Source: an uncultured delta proteobacterium | GTDB taxonomy: Bacteria; Desulfobacterota; Desulfuromonadia; Geobacterales; Pseudopelobacteraceae | Direction of reading: 5' to 3' | Assembly (NCBI GenBank): GCA_963772835.1 | Contig: CAVYYZ010000013.1 | Coordinates: forward strand, 1-64,000 | Length of the DNA: 64,000 nt | Part shown: piece after piece, positions 41,453 to 53,130 of the stretch | Layout: each line of letters begins with the position of its first letter | How positions within the stretch are numbered: the stretch's first letter is position 1 | The notes under the pieces: model-generated | The model's database searches: none | Seen by the model: the letters and a program-made list of their open reading frames with translations, nothing else | What the model was told of the DNA's origin: nothing | Translations under genes and position numbers: made by a program

Positions 41453-44137
41453 CTATGCGGGCGGTAATGGGCCGTCGATAACACTCTTCAGCACCTCCCG
41501 CATCTGAGCAAAGCTGTACGGTTTGCTCAGAAATCCCGCGACTTTTGCCTCCGCTATCCGTGAGGTAACTTCAGCATCGCCATACCCGCTGGAAACGATG
41601 ACAGGCAGCTCCGGGTCGATGCTTTTCAGCTCACGGATCAGTTCATACCCGTCCATGACCGGCATTCCTAAGTCTGTCACGACCATAGTGATGTATTCAG
41701 CGTTTTTACGATAGAGCTCCAGCGCTTCCCTGCCGTTTGCTGCTTCAAACACCGTGAACCCAAGCGCCTTCATCAGGTTTTTCGCAACCAGTATAAGTTG
41801 CGGCTCATCCTCAACCAGCAGTATCGAGCCGCTTCCCTGCCACGGCGCCGGGGTGGTCTGCTGAAGTTGTTCCCCGTCGGCATTTGTGGTCTTAACAGGC
41901 AGGTAGACCTTGAAGGTTGAGCCCTGCCCCGGGTGACTGGAGAGCTGCAGTGCCCCCTTGTGCGCCGTTATGATGCCGAGTACGGACGGCATCCCGAGAC
42001 CACGTCCGGTAAACTTGGTGGTGTAGAACGGCTCGAAGATTCGTTTTTTTGTTTCATCATCCATACCGCAGCCGTTATCCGTGACTTCCAGACAGATATA
42101 TCCGCCGGGCGGAATGGCATTGCCAAGATGATTCTTTTCCGGGCTATCCTGGCAGATTTCCGTCTTTGTCAGCGAAACAGCTATTTCACCCTGCGCTGTG
42201 CCGATGGCTTCGGCTGCATTGATGATCAGATTCATGATAATTTGTCTGATCTGGCTGATATCGGCCTTGATCAGGGGAATCCCGTCTGCAAGAGTTGGTC
42301 TGATCACAACATTCTGATTTAGGGTCGCTCTCATCATCTTGAGCATGTCATCCAGTATTGCCGGAATGTTGACCATCTTCATGGAACAGTGGGCTTTCCC
42401 GGCGTAGGTCAGCATCTGACGGCAGAGTTCTGCCGCGCGGTTTGCGGCTTTTTCAATTTCGGGGATAAGCTCCACGGCCGTTTTCGGCCGCTGCAGTGCC
42501 AGAGAGCAGTTGCAGATGATGACCGCCAGAATGTTGTTGAAGTCATGGGCAATGCCTCCGGCCAGCACGCCGAGGCTTTCGAGATGCCGGGACTGCCGGA
42601 GTTGCTGTTCGAGTGCCAGTTTTTCTTCTTCGGCCTTCCTGCGCTCGGTGACATCCTCAAGCAGCCAGATTGTCCCCTTGGACATGTCTGCCGGTTCAAC
42701 CGCCTTGCCGATGTATCTGGCCAGAAGGTGCGTGCCATCCTTCCTGATCAATTCCTGTTCCGTTTCAAACACCCCTCCCTGCGACAGAACCGGGTACGCC
42801 TCCTGACCGAGTTTCTCGTACGCTTCATCGGATGCGTACAGTTTCTGTGTCGTCTGAAACTCCAGCTCCTCCTTCGGATACAGTAACAGATTCTCAGTCT
42901 GGTGGTTTACCCAGACCTGCTTCCTGTCAATGATTTTGGAAATTCCACAAGGGGCATTTTCCACGATAATGCTGAGCTCGCGCGTGATTTTTGCCAGTTG
43001 GCCGGTGCGCTCATCCACCATCCTCTGTGCTACTGCAGCAGTGCTCTGCAGGGTTCTGACCAGGGCGGCCAGCAGCAGCGTGATGAGAGTGCCGCCGATC
43101 ATGGTGAGCCATACACTTACGTATTTCTGCGAGAACAATTCGCCATCTGCTTGTGTGAAAAGCAGCGTCCAGCGGTGGCCGTTAAAATCGACCGGGATTT
43201 GACGGGTGTAGTGCTTGCCGGTCCGTAGCCCGTGCTCCTCCGGAACGGGATCCTCATAGAGCAGAGACCGGGACGATGGTTGTGCGCCGTCGAATACGGC
43301 AAGGTGCAGAGGTTTTTGACTCTTTGGATTGGGGTTGCCGAGAACCCCATGCATCAGGTCATTCATCCGGTAGGGACTGTAGACCCAGCCATAGATCGCC
43401 GCTCGTCGTTGTTCTGTTGTCCCGGTCGGCATGCCTTTCCGGTAGACCGGCACATACATTAAATTACCTGCCTGCATTGCCACGTCGGTTTCCTGAACCA
43501 GTTGCACTTTGCCGGAGAGCGCAGCAATATCTTCATCACGCGCCCGTTCCATGGCGGCCCGGCGAACAGGTTCTGAAAGCATGTCATACCCGAATGCCCG
43601 CAGGTTGCGTTCGGTAAATGGTTCCAGATAGATAATGGAGGAGTAGATTTCCCGATCGCCCTCCGGCTTGATCCTGTACTCCGGGAAACCTTCACTGCGG
43701 ATTTTCCGGATGTGTCTGTCCAATTCTCCACGGGATATCACCAGCGAAAAGCCGATACCCTGAATGCCGGGGAGTCGCTGCTCTATCTTCTGAAGTTTGG
43801 TATAGATGCGCCATTCCTCGCGTGTAACCGTTTCTGAAGCATTAAAAAACGCCGCGCCGCTTCTCAGGATGCGGGCGTGGGCGTCGAGCCTGTCTAAAAT
43901 TTTATCTTCTATACTGCTGCAGCGAGCAGCAAAATCCTGTGTGGAGATGATTTCAATATCCGATCTTATTTTCAGGCTTGCGGCGGCGGTGATAACAAAA
44001 CCGCACAGCAGCACGATTAGGGCCGAACGCCGGAACCTGAGAAAAGCCGGAGTAGTATGTGACAAGGAGGGTACATCACCGGTTTTGCTGGTCTCGTTTT
44101 TACGTGTGGTGGACACTGGTAGCTCCTGGATAGACAA
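41453..44137 (-). CDS. CHASE-PAS hybrid histidine kinase/response regulator
   Basis: CHASE (YLEP..N.RAFGYDM), GIAHDFNN, GRGLG, C-terminal REC. Confidence 0.9.
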   Translation of the reverse strand: MSIQELPVSTTRKNETSKTGDVPSLSHTTPAFLRFRRSALIVLLCGFVITAAASLKIRSDIEIISTQDFAARCSSIEDKILDRLDAHARILRSGAAFFNASETVTREEWRIYTKLQKIEQRLPGIQGIGFSLVISRGELDRHIRKIRSEGFPEYRIKPEGDREIYSSIIYLEPFTERNLRAFGYDMLSEPVRRAAMERARDEDIAALSGKVQLVQETDVAMQAGNLMYVPVYRKGMPTGTTEQRRAAIYGWVYSPYRMNDLMHGVLGNPNPKSQKPLHLAVFDGAQPSSRSLLYEDPVPEEHGLRTGKHYTRQIPVDFNGHRWTLLFTQADGELFSQKYVSVWLTMIGGTLITLLLAALVRTLQSTAAVAQRMVDERTGQLAKITRELSIIVENAPCGISKIIDRKQVWVNHQTENLLLYPKEELEFQTTQKLYASDEAYEKLGQEAYPVLSQGGVFETEQELIRKDGTHLLARYIGKAVEPADMSKGTIWLLEDVTERRKAEEEKLALEQQLRQSRHLESLGVLAGGIAHDFNNILAVIICNCSLALQRPKTAVELIPEIEKAANRAAELCRQMLTYAGKAHCSMKMVNIPAILDDMLKMMRATLNQNVVIRPTLADGIPLIKADISQIRQIIMNLIINAAEAIGTAQGEIAVSLTKTEICQDSPEKNHLGNAIPPGGYICLEVTDNGCGMDDETKKRIFEPFYTTKFTGRGLGMPSVLGIITAHKGALQLSSHPGQGSTFKVYLPVKTTNADGEQLQQTTPAPWQGSGSILLVEDEPQLILVAKNLMKALGFTVFEAANGREALELYRKNAEYITMVVTDLGMPVMDGYELIRELKSIDPELPVIVSSGYGDAEVTSRIAEAKVAGFLSKPYSFAQMREVLKSVIDGPLPPA

Positions 44138-44374
44138 AAACCGGCATACGGGGAAATCCGCAATGCCGGTTTATAATGGATCAATCAGAAATATGGTTGA
44201 TAGATTTGTGTGTCCGTGAGGGACGTTGTCCGTCAGTCAGTCTGCGCTGCATGAGGTACCCCCTCCTGAAGCAAAGTTCCATATGTTCAAACTATATCGC
44301 TATTCCTGCGGATTGCAACAATATATCTGAGATATTGTCAGTAGAAAGTTTATTCGTGAACGTATTCAATTCCG

Positions 44375-44864
44375 TCAGGTTCCGGACTTCATACGCTTCT
44401 CTTCCAGAATCATATCAATCGCCAGAAGAAAAACCCCGACGCAGATCAGGGAATCGGCGACGTTGAAGGCCGGCCAGTGGTGCCGGTACCAGTGCACATC
44501 GAGAAAATCAATTACTTCTCCCAACCGGATCCGGTCAATCAGGTTGCCGACTGCGCCGGAAAAAATCATGGCCAGCGACGTATGCGCCAATCGCTGGTCG
44601 TCACGCAGTTTACGAAAAAGCGATCAGAATAACAAGCGCTGCTATGATAGAAACAGAGATAAAAAACGGAAGCCGCCACGATGCATTGGAGAGGAAGCTG
44701 AAAGCGGCTCCCCTGTTTCTGACGTAGGTAAGATGGAAAAAACTTTCGATTATCGGGATCGAGTCGAACAGCTGCATGCTGCGATCAACGACGATCTTGG
44801 TGATCTGGTCAATGATAATGCCACTGGTGGCGATGGCGGCGAACAGGGTATATCTGGTCTTCAT
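44375..44864 (-). CDS. lspA: Lipoprotein signal peptidase II; +1 frameshift in the A5 run at 44615-44619 (probable sequencing error)
   Basis: DQITK, NRGAAFS in one frame; GAVGNLIDR, VIDF, WPAFNVADS in the next; downstream of ileS. Confidence 0.9.
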
Positions 44865-44946
44865 GGATACATTCCGCCCATCCGGGGTGCTTTCTTTGGC
44901 TGCGTCCCCGGAGGTATGATTATGGTGTGATTGTGGTCGCAATGCC

Positions 44947-47721
44947 CTACGTTACTGCTATCGTGCATTTGGGGCAGATGGTCGGGTGGCCTGCATCCGT
45001 ACCAAGCTCTTCACTGTAGTACCAGCAGCGTTCACATTTCACACCCGGAGCAGCAGAAACCTGGACTTTCAACCCGTCTATGTTTTCTGATGCCCAGTAT
45101 TCACCCTCCAGAGCAGGCTTCAGAGTCGCTTTCGACACGATAAAAATGCTGTTAAGCCCGGTCGAGTATTCCTGAAGAAATGCAAACAGTTCCGGGGGGG
45201 CTGCGATTGATACGGCGGCATCCAGAGAATGTCCGATGGTCTTGGCGACCCGGGCCAGTTCAAGTGCTTTTGAAACATCCGCGCGCACTTTTATAATGCG
45301 CTCCCAACGGGCTGCCAGAGCATCGTCTTTCAACTCAGGATGGCGAGCGGGAAACTCCGCAAGATGCACGCTTTCTTCGCGCTCTCCCGGCATGTATTGC
45401 CAGACCTCGTCTGAGGTAAACGAGAGCACGGGAGCGAGAATACGCACCAGGGTGTCGAGAATTCTGAACATGACCGTCTGGGCCGAGAGGCGCTCAAGTG
45501 AGTTCTCTTTGCTGGTGTACATGCGGTCTTTCAGTATGTCGAGGTAAAAGGAACTCATCTCTGTCGTACAGAAGCCGTTGACTTCCTGGTAGATAACGTG
45601 GAATTCAAGGTCCTGATACGCGGTCAGTACACGTTCCTTGAGGATTTCAAGCTGGTGCAGGGCCCAGCGGTCGATTTCCGGCATCTCCCGGAACGGCACT
45701 GACTGTGTCGCCGGATCGAACCCGTTGATATTGCCGAGAATATAGCGGCAGGTGTTGCGAATGCGCCGATACGCTTCAGCCACCCTGGTGAGAATTTCCT
45801 GTGATATGCGGGTGTCGTCCTGGTAATCCATGGCGGAAACCCACAGGCGGAGGACGTCAGCGCCGAACTTTTTGATGACATCTTCGGGGGCAACGACATT
45901 GCCGACAGATTTACTCATTTTGCGCCCCTGGCCGTCCAGGACGAAACCATGGGTCAGCACGCTTTTATACGGCGCGACTCCCCGGGTGCCGACACTTTCC
46001 AGCAGAGAAGAGTGGAACCACCCGCGATGCTGGTCACTCCCCTCCAGATACATATCGGCCGGTGAATGCAGGCCGGGATTCGGTTCCAGTACGGCTGCGT
46101 GCGAAACCCCGGAATCAAACCAGACATCCAGGATGTCGTTCTCTTTTTCAAAAGATGCCGCACCGCATTTCGGACAGACCGATCCCGCTGGGAGGAGCTT
46201 TTCCGCACTCCAGTCAAACCAGACGTCTGAGCTCTCTTTTTTGAAGATTTCAGCGACGTGATCCATGATGGTACCGTCGGCGATGTATTCGCCGCAGGCG
46301 GTACAGGAAAAGGCGGTGATCGGGACTCCCCAGGAGCGTTGACGGGACACGCACCAGTCGGGGCGGTTCTCGATCATGCCATAGATCCTCTCACGTCCCC
46401 ATTTCGGGATCCATTGTACCTGATCTATGGCTTTCAGCGCCTTGTCACGCAGATCATTGGCTTTCATGCTGATGAACCACTGCTCGGTGGCGCGGAAGAT
46501 GATCGGTTTTTTACAGCGCCAGCAATGCGGGTAGGAGTGGCTGATTTTCGAGGTCTGCAGCAGCGCCCCGACTTCGATCAGCTTATCGATCACACTCTGA
46601 TTTGCTGGGAAAACCTGCTGACCTCCGAAAAACTCCACGTCAGCCAGATATTTCCCGTGGTTGTCAACCGGATTGTAAATCTGCAGCCCTTCTTTCAGTG
46701 CCAGTTCATAATCTTCCTGGCCGTGGCCGGGGGCGGTGTGAACGCAGCCGGTACCGGCTTCCAGAGTGACATGGTCGCCGAGAAGCACGATCGAATCACG
46801 ATCATAAAAGGGGTGCCTGCAGCGCTTGCGCTCCAGTATCCCTGCCTTAAATGTTGCGATGACAGCCCCGGTCAGGCCGACGGCGGCAAGAAATGAATCT
46901 TTGAGCCCTTCAGCGACGATCAGCACACCCTTTTCGGTCTCCAGCGCCACATAATCAAATTCCGGATGGAGTGCTACGGCAAGGTTGGCCGGAATCGTCC
47001 AGGGGGTTGTCGTCCAGATGACGACGTAGGCCTGTTTGCCGGCGAGTGCCGGTATTTCCGCTGACAGGTCATCCTGCAGGGCGAAGCGGACGAATATGGA
47101 GGGGGAGGTGTGGTCGGCATATTCGACCTCGGCCTCGGCGAGAGCTGTCACGCATGAGGAACACCAGTGAACCGGTTTGCGTCCCCGGTAGAGTCCTCCG
47201 TTGTGGGCGAAGCGGGCCAGTTCGGCTGCGGTCAGCCCTTCGTATTCATAATTCATGGTCAGGTAGGGGTTTTCCCAGTCGCCGAGGATCCCCAGACGTT
47301 TGAATTCCTCTTTCTGGATAGCGACGTATTTTGCGGCATAGGCACGGCATTCGCGGCGCATTTCCAGTTTACTCATCTGGTGTTTCTTTGACCCCAGGTT
47401 CTTTTCAACCTGCAGTTCGATCGGCAGGCCGTGGCAGTCCCATCCCGGTACGTACGGGGCATGGAAGCCTTCCATCCGCTTGACTTTTAGGACAATGTCC
47501 TTGAGGGTTTTATTGAGAGCATGGCCGATATGAATATTCCCGTTGGCGTATGGGGGGCCGTCATGCAGAACGTAGAGCGGCTTGTCTTTTCCGCGCGCTT
47601 CCAGTTTGGCATAGAGGCCGCTCTGCTCCCACTTTGTCAGCATTTCAGGCTCACGCTGATACAGATTGGCTTTCATGGCAAAATCGGTCTGCGGCAGGTT
47701 CAGGGTGTCTTTATATTCCAT
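44947..47721 (-). CDS. ileS: Isoleucyl-tRNA synthetase
   Basis: HDGPPYANG, HIGH, KMSKS, C-terminal CERC..CPKC. Confidence 0.98.
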   Translation of the reverse strand: MEYKDTLNLPQTDFAMKANLYQREPEMLTKWEQSGLYAKLEARGKDKPLYVLHDGPPYANGNIHIGHALNKTLKDIVLKVKRMEGFHAPYVPGWDCHGLPIELQVEKNLGSKKHQMSKLEMRRECRAYAAKYVAIQKEEFKRLGILGDWENPYLTMNYEYEGLTAAELARFAHNGGLYRGRKPVHWCSSCVTALAEAEVEYADHTSPSIFVRFALQDDLSAEIPALAGKQAYVVIWTTTPWTIPANLAVALHPEFDYVALETEKGVLIVAEGLKDSFLAAVGLTGAVIATFKAGILERKRCRHPFYDRDSIVLLGDHVTLEAGTGCVHTAPGHGQEDYELALKEGLQIYNPVDNHGKYLADVEFFGGQQVFPANQSVIDKLIEVGALLQTSKISHSYPHCWRCKKPIIFRATEQWFISMKANDLRDKALKAIDQVQWIPKWGRERIYGMIENRPDWCVSRQRSWGVPITAFSCTACGEYIADGTIMDHVAEIFKKESSDVWFDWSAEKLLPAGSVCPKCGAASFEKENDILDVWFDSGVSHAAVLEPNPGLHSPADMYLEGSDQHRGWFHSSLLESVGTRGVAPYKSVLTHGFVLDGQGRKMSKSVGNVVAPEDVIKKFGADVLRLWVSAMDYQDDTRISQEILTRVAEAYRRIRNTCRYILGNINGFDPATQSVPFREMPEIDRWALHQLEILKERVLTAYQDLEFHVIYQEVNGFCTTEMSSFYLDILKDRMYTSKENSLERLSAQTVMFRILDTLVRILAPVLSFTSDEVWQYMPGEREESVHLAEFPARHPELKDDALAARWERIIKVRADVSKALELARVAKTIGHSLDAAVSIAAPPELFAFLQEYSTGLNSIFIVSKATLKPALEGEYWASENIDGLKVQVSAAPGVKCERCWYYSEELGTDAGHPTICPKCTIAVT

Positions 47722-47956
47722 GTGATGCGGTCTCCATTCTGATTCGTTAAACTGCATAAAACTACAGATATAAGGCCGGAATGTCAAGGAAACGAGCGTA
47801 TCAGAAATATGTATCGTCCGGATCGGGTGTGATGCAATATCGGAAGAGGGGTTGTCACGGCACCTGTATATCAAGCAGTGTGACATTCTTTCTTGCATTC
47901 AGTGACGCAATACTGCTATTCTTTTCCGCCGTTTTACCCACTAGATTTGATACTGA

Positions 47957-49015
<1,059 letters not shown>

Positions 49016-49021
49016 TTCCTC

Positions 49022-49061
49022 CCGCGGGGTCACAGAGAACAACGTCTCTGTGACCCCGCGG
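49022..49061. terminator. Strong hairpin after mreB
   Basis: ccgcggggtcacagaga-acaacg-tctctgtgaccccgcgg; no clear U tail. Confidence 0.55.
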
Positions 49062-49063
49062 AA

Positions 49064-50152
49064 TTGAGCCTTTACACATCCCTTATGATTTCCCCCACTA
49101 TTGACATACTCGTTCCTGTCTGGAACTACCCTTTTGAGACCCGTGCCTGTCTTGCGGCAATTCGCGAGCATTCATCCGGAGCACGTCTGATTATTGTCGA
49201 CAACGGCAGCAGTCGTGAAACTGAATTGATGCTGGAGGAATTCTCCGAATCATTGGGTGACCAGGGGCTTTTTATCAAGTCAGAACGTAATATCGGGCTT
49301 GTTGCTGCGATAAATATGGGCCTGGCCCGCTCTGACAGCGACTATACCGTCATAGTCCGGCCACATGTCTCGGTATCGACCGGCTGGCTTGACGTTCTGG
49401 TGGACGCTGCGGAAACCACCGGCGCCGGGATTGTGTCACCGTTGTTTTATGGCGTCGATGCACCTCACATCCCTGAACTTGCTCCGGGGTGCACGGTTAC
49501 GGAAAGCTGTACGATCTCATTCGACGCACTTCTGGTGCGTACCGAGATGCGTATGGTTGCCGGCAGTTTCGACGAGAACCTTGACGGTAATGAGTGGTGT
49601 CTGGCAGAGTACGTGCGGCGCGTCGCAGCCATGGGATACCGCACCTGCATCGCCGGTCGACTTCGTTTGGCCTGCTCTGCAGGACAGCAGTTCGGCTCGG
49701 CCCAGCGCAGGAATGAGATGGTGCAAAACAGTCGGACGGAATACATCTCCCGGTGGGGGATTACCCGCCATTACTGCATTTATTTCGGTCCGGATGCCGA
49801 TGTGGTGACTCTCGATGCTACCGTTTTTTCCCTTCTGGACGGAGCCCGCCAGGGGCATCGTTTTTCGCTGCTGCTGCATCGCCGCCAGTTTTCCGCTTTC
49901 CGGAAGATGGGGTGGAACGGACTGCATAGCGGGATACATCTGCACCGGATAGCGACCCTGTTCCCGGTACGGGATCTTCAACGAAAGATAACGGCACTCC
50001 GGAGTGCTTCACCGGATATGCTGGCGGTACGGGGATGCTGCGGAGTCGTATTCCCGGGTGTTGATGCTGCAATTTCACATGAAGAACTGCTTGGCAGTAT
50101 TCAGGCACGTACAACGAACATTGAGAAACAGCGTAAGGAGTCATTGGTATGA
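49064..50152 (+). CDS. Glycosyltransferase family 2-like protein
   Basis: [18 protein letters not shown]...A.N.G; upstream of the heptose genes. Confidence 0.75.
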   Translation: MSLYTSLMISPTIDILVPVWNYPFETRACLAAIREHSSGARLIIVDNGSSRETELMLEEFSESLGDQGLFIKSERNIGLVAAINMGLARSDSDYTVIVRPHVSVSTGWLDVLVDAAETTGAGIVSPLFYGVDAPHIPELAPGCTVTESCTISFDALLVRTEMRMVAGSFDENLDGNEWCLAEYVRRVAAMGYRTCIAGRLRLACSAGQQFGSAQRRNEMVQNSRTEYISRWGITRHYCIYFGPDADVVTLDATVFSLLDGARQGHRFSLLLHRRQFSAFRKMGWNGLHSGIHLHRIATLFPVRDLQRKITALRSASPDMLAVRGCCGVVFPGVDAAISHEELLGSIQARTTNIEKQRKESLV

Positions 50153-50715
50153 TACCTGAGATAACCTCTCAATTAGCTGCTCATCGGGACGTCATTACCC
50201 GGATTGAACTGGAGCTTTCCCCTCTGATCGCTGAACTGGCGACCCTGCTGGTTGAAACATTCTCGCGGGGTGGAAAACTTCTGGTGATGGGAAACGGCGG
50301 TTCGGCGGCCGATGCCCAGCATTTTGTTGCCGAGATCGTCGGGCGTTTCAAGATGGAACGGAGGGGTCTGCCGGCAATAGCGCTTTCAACTGATACTTCT
50401 ATCCTGACCGCTCTCGGCAATGATTATGGATTCGACAGAATTTTCCACCGTCAGGTTGAAGCACTGGCCGTTGCGGGTGATCTGGTCATCGGAATATCGA
50501 CCAGCGGAAACTCTCCAAATGTTCTGCAGGCCCTGGAACTGGCCCGTGAAAAGGGGTGCCGCACGGTTGGTCTTCTCGGCAAGGATGGCGGCAGTATCAA
50601 AAATGTCTGCCATCTGGCTCTCATCGTTCCGAGCGATGATACGCCGCGGATTCAGGAAGGACATATCACCATTATTCATATCGTCTGTGATCTTCTCGAA
50701 AAGACCCTGTTTTAA
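50149..50715 (+). CDS. gmhA: Sedoheptulose-7-phosphate isomerase
   Basis: [28 protein letters not shown]. Confidence 0.96.
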   Translation: MIPEITSQLAAHRDVITRIELELSPLIAELATLLVETFSRGGKLLVMGNGGSAADAQHFVAEIVGRFKMERRGLPAIALSTDTSILTALGNDYGFDRIFHRQVEALAVAGDLVIGISTSGNSPNVLQALELAREKGCRTVGLLGKDGGSIKNVCHLALIVPSDDTPRIQEGHITIIHIVCDLLEKTLF

Positions 50716-50733
50716 TTGCTGTCAGGAGGTCGT

Positions 50734-52206
50734 GTGGACCGAACCACTGTTGAAACCCTTTTTGCCCATACTTCCCGGATCAGTTGCCTGGTAATCGGTG
50801 ACCTGATGCTGGACGAATACCTGTGGGGGAGAGCTGATCGTATCTCGCCTGAAGCCCCCGTACAGGTGGTTGACGTTATCCGTGAAGAACTCCGTCTGGG
50901 TGGAGCCGGTAATGTTGTACATAATCTTGCTGCGCTGGGAGTACAGGTATCGGTCTGTTCAGTTGTCGGTGACGACCAGAACGGTCGTGAGCTGTTAGGG
51001 CAGTTTTGCCATCATCATATTGATACCCGGGCAATTTTCCAGGATCCTGATCGCCGTACCAGCCGTAAAACGAGAGTAGTTGCCGCACATCAGCAAATTG
51101 TACGCATTGATCGGGAATCGAGGGAAGCATTGCCGTCGGTCGTCGAACAGCAGCTCTGCAATTGGATAGCCGACCATGCCCGGGAATTCTCGGTCATAGT
51201 GCTTTCAGACTACAACAAGGGCGTGTTGACACCGGCTGTTGTCGCCTCTGCAATTTCAACCGCAGCCGTGGCCGGAATTCCTGTGCTGGTGGATCCGAAG
51301 GGGACCGATTATACCCGCTATGGCGGTGCAACGCTGCTGACGCCGAACCGCAAGGAGGCCGAGGCCGCATCCGGAATCCCCATCACTGATGCCGCCTCTC
51401 TGGCAGAGGCTGCAGCGGTTATAATGAGTTCGACCGGTGTGCCGCACCTGCTTATCACCCGCAGTGAAGAGGGCATGTCGCTTTTTTCAAAAGGGGGCGA
51501 AATAGTTCATATTCCAACTGTTGCCCGCGAGGTTTTCGATGTTTCGGGCGCCGGAGATACGGTGCTTGCAGCATTGGCGGTTGGTATTGCTTCCGGTTTC
51601 AGTATGGCCGAATCAGCCAGGCTGGCCAACATTGCCGCAGGAATTGCTGTCGGTAAGCTTGGGACATCGGTTGTTTCACCGCAGGAAATCATCGACACAG
51701 TTTCCCTGGCCCATAAAGACAGTCATGCTAAAATTAAGAGTCGCGATGTCCTGGCCGCCCTGATTGCGGCGGAGAAAAACAGGGGAAAGCAAATTGTATT
51801 CACCAACGGATGTTTTGACCTGCTGCATGCCGGACATGTGAAATATCTGCAGAAGGCGCGGAATCTTGGCGACCTGCTGGTGCTGGGGCTTAACAGTGAT
51901 GCCTCTGTACGGCGTTTGAAAGGGCCAAAGCGACCACTGATTGACCAGGATGAACGTGCCCATCTCCTGGCTGCTCTTGATTGTATCGATTATGTCGTTG
52001 TTTTTGACGAAGACACTCCGTTGGAACTGATTGCCGCTCTCAAACCACATATTCTGGCCAAAGGAGGAGATTACTCCCTGGAAGGTGTGGTCGGCAAAGA
52101 CATCGTTGAATCCTACGGCGGCCGGGTTGAACTGGTTACTTTTGTGGACGGTAAATCTACAACGAATATTATTGAGCGTATCCTTGAGCTTTATTCAGGC
52201 GAGTAA
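50734..52206 (+). CDS. hldE: Bifunctional heptose kinase/adenylyltransferase
   Basis: RISPEAPV, DVSGAGDT, FTNGCFDLLHAGH. Confidence 0.96.
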   Translation: MDRTTVETLFAHTSRISCLVIGDLMLDEYLWGRADRISPEAPVQVVDVIREELRLGGAGNVVHNLAALGVQVSVCSVVGDDQNGRELLGQFCHHHIDTRAIFQDPDRRTSRKTRVVAAHQQIVRIDRESREALPSVVEQQLCNWIADHAREFSVIVLSDYNKGVLTPAVVASAISTAAVAGIPVLVDPKGTDYTRYGGATLLTPNRKEAEAASGIPITDAASLAEAAAVIMSSTGVPHLLITRSEEGMSLFSKGGEIVHIPTVAREVFDVSGAGDTVLAALAVGIASGFSMAESARLANIAAGIAVGKLGTSVVSPQEIIDTVSLAHKDSHAKIKSRDVLAALIAAEKNRGKQIVFTNGCFDLLHAGHVKYLQKARNLGDLLVLGLNSDASVRRLKGPKRPLIDQDERAHLLAALDCIDYVVVFDEDTPLELIAALKPHILAKGGDYSLEGVVGKDIVESYGGRVELVTFVDGKSTTNIIERILELYSGE

Positions 52207-52299
52207 TTTCTTATCCTGATTAGGATTTTCTGGTTTTCGGCTCAGCTTTCTGGTATGAGAAAACATTCCTTGATCAATGCATTGTAGACAGGAGAAGTT

Positions 52300-53040
52300 A
52301 TGACAGAGAGTGCCGCACCACGCAGGGAGCTCTGGATACTGGGTATAAAGCAGGGGGACGGCCGTGAGGATATGCTCTCCTCTTATCTGGAGGCGGGCGG
52401 ATATGCCAGTCGGATTGAACAGTTTGACAATCTTGAAACTGGAAAACCTTTGGGGATCGTACTTGATATTTCTCCTTTTTCGGAAGATGGCTGGGGTGTC
52501 CTGCTTAAAATAAAGAGATCTCAGATAATCCGTAACATTCCGGTGCTGCTGGTTTTTTTAAGTGAAAAAGGTAAGGTTGGCGGAGTGTTTCCGGTATCCG
52601 GTTTTTTTACTCTTCCGATCGATGAACAGTACCTCCAAAATCGCATGGCAGTGTATGGGCTGACTGAAGAGGCTGAAACCTGGGATCTGCAGTCAATGGT
52701 CGCTTCAAGAACCGGAGAAGAAAAACTTTCCAAAGCGATTGAAGCCCTGGATTTTGAGGTTATCAAAGCGTATACCGGTAAAGAGGCTCTCGCTCTTTCG
52801 TCGATTCATCCGGTCTATATGATATTCTGCACTCAGATGTTGCCGGACATGTCGGCGTTTGAACTGCAGGAACGGCTTCGCCTCGACCCGTATGGCAGCA
52901 ATACGCCGCTGTTTGTACTTTTAAAAGACGGGATGAAGGAAGGGGAACGCCTGGCCCTGAGCAGGGAAATATCCCATCTGGTCAGAAAAAAACAGCTTTC
53001 CTGCGAAGAATTTCTCGGTTATTTACGCCGCAAGGAATAA
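52300..53040 (+). CDS. Tandem atypical receiver-like domain protein
   Basis: Two degenerate REC-like halves (LDISPFSEDGWGVL; AYTGKEAL..MLPDMSAFE). Confidence 0.55.
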   Translation: MTESAAPRRELWILGIKQGDGREDMLSSYLEAGGYASRIEQFDNLETGKPLGIVLDISPFSEDGWGVLLKIKRSQIIRNIPVLLVFLSEKGKVGGVFPVSGFFTLPIDEQYLQNRMAVYGLTEEAETWDLQSMVASRTGEEKLSKAIEALDFEVIKAYTGKEALALSSIHPVYMIFCTQMLPDMSAFELQERLRLDPYGSNTPLFVLLKDGMKEGERLALSREISHLVRKKQLSCEEFLGYLRRKE

Positions 53041-53059
53041 CCACTTAAAAATAGAGGAT

Positions 53060-53103
53060 AAAAAAACAGCCGCTTCCCTGTACGAGGAAGCGGCTGCTTT
53101 TTT
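53060..53103. terminator. Bidirectional intrinsic terminator
   Basis: A-run, cagccgcttcc-loop-ggaagcggctg, T-run, between convergent genes. Confidence 0.8.
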
Positions 53104-53130
53104 GAATTTTGGAAATTGGTACCTGAAGAG

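Noticed and set aside
44375..44864. lspA pseudogene or programmed frameshift
   Set aside because: One extra base in a homopolymer of a normally essential gene; assembly error is far more likely
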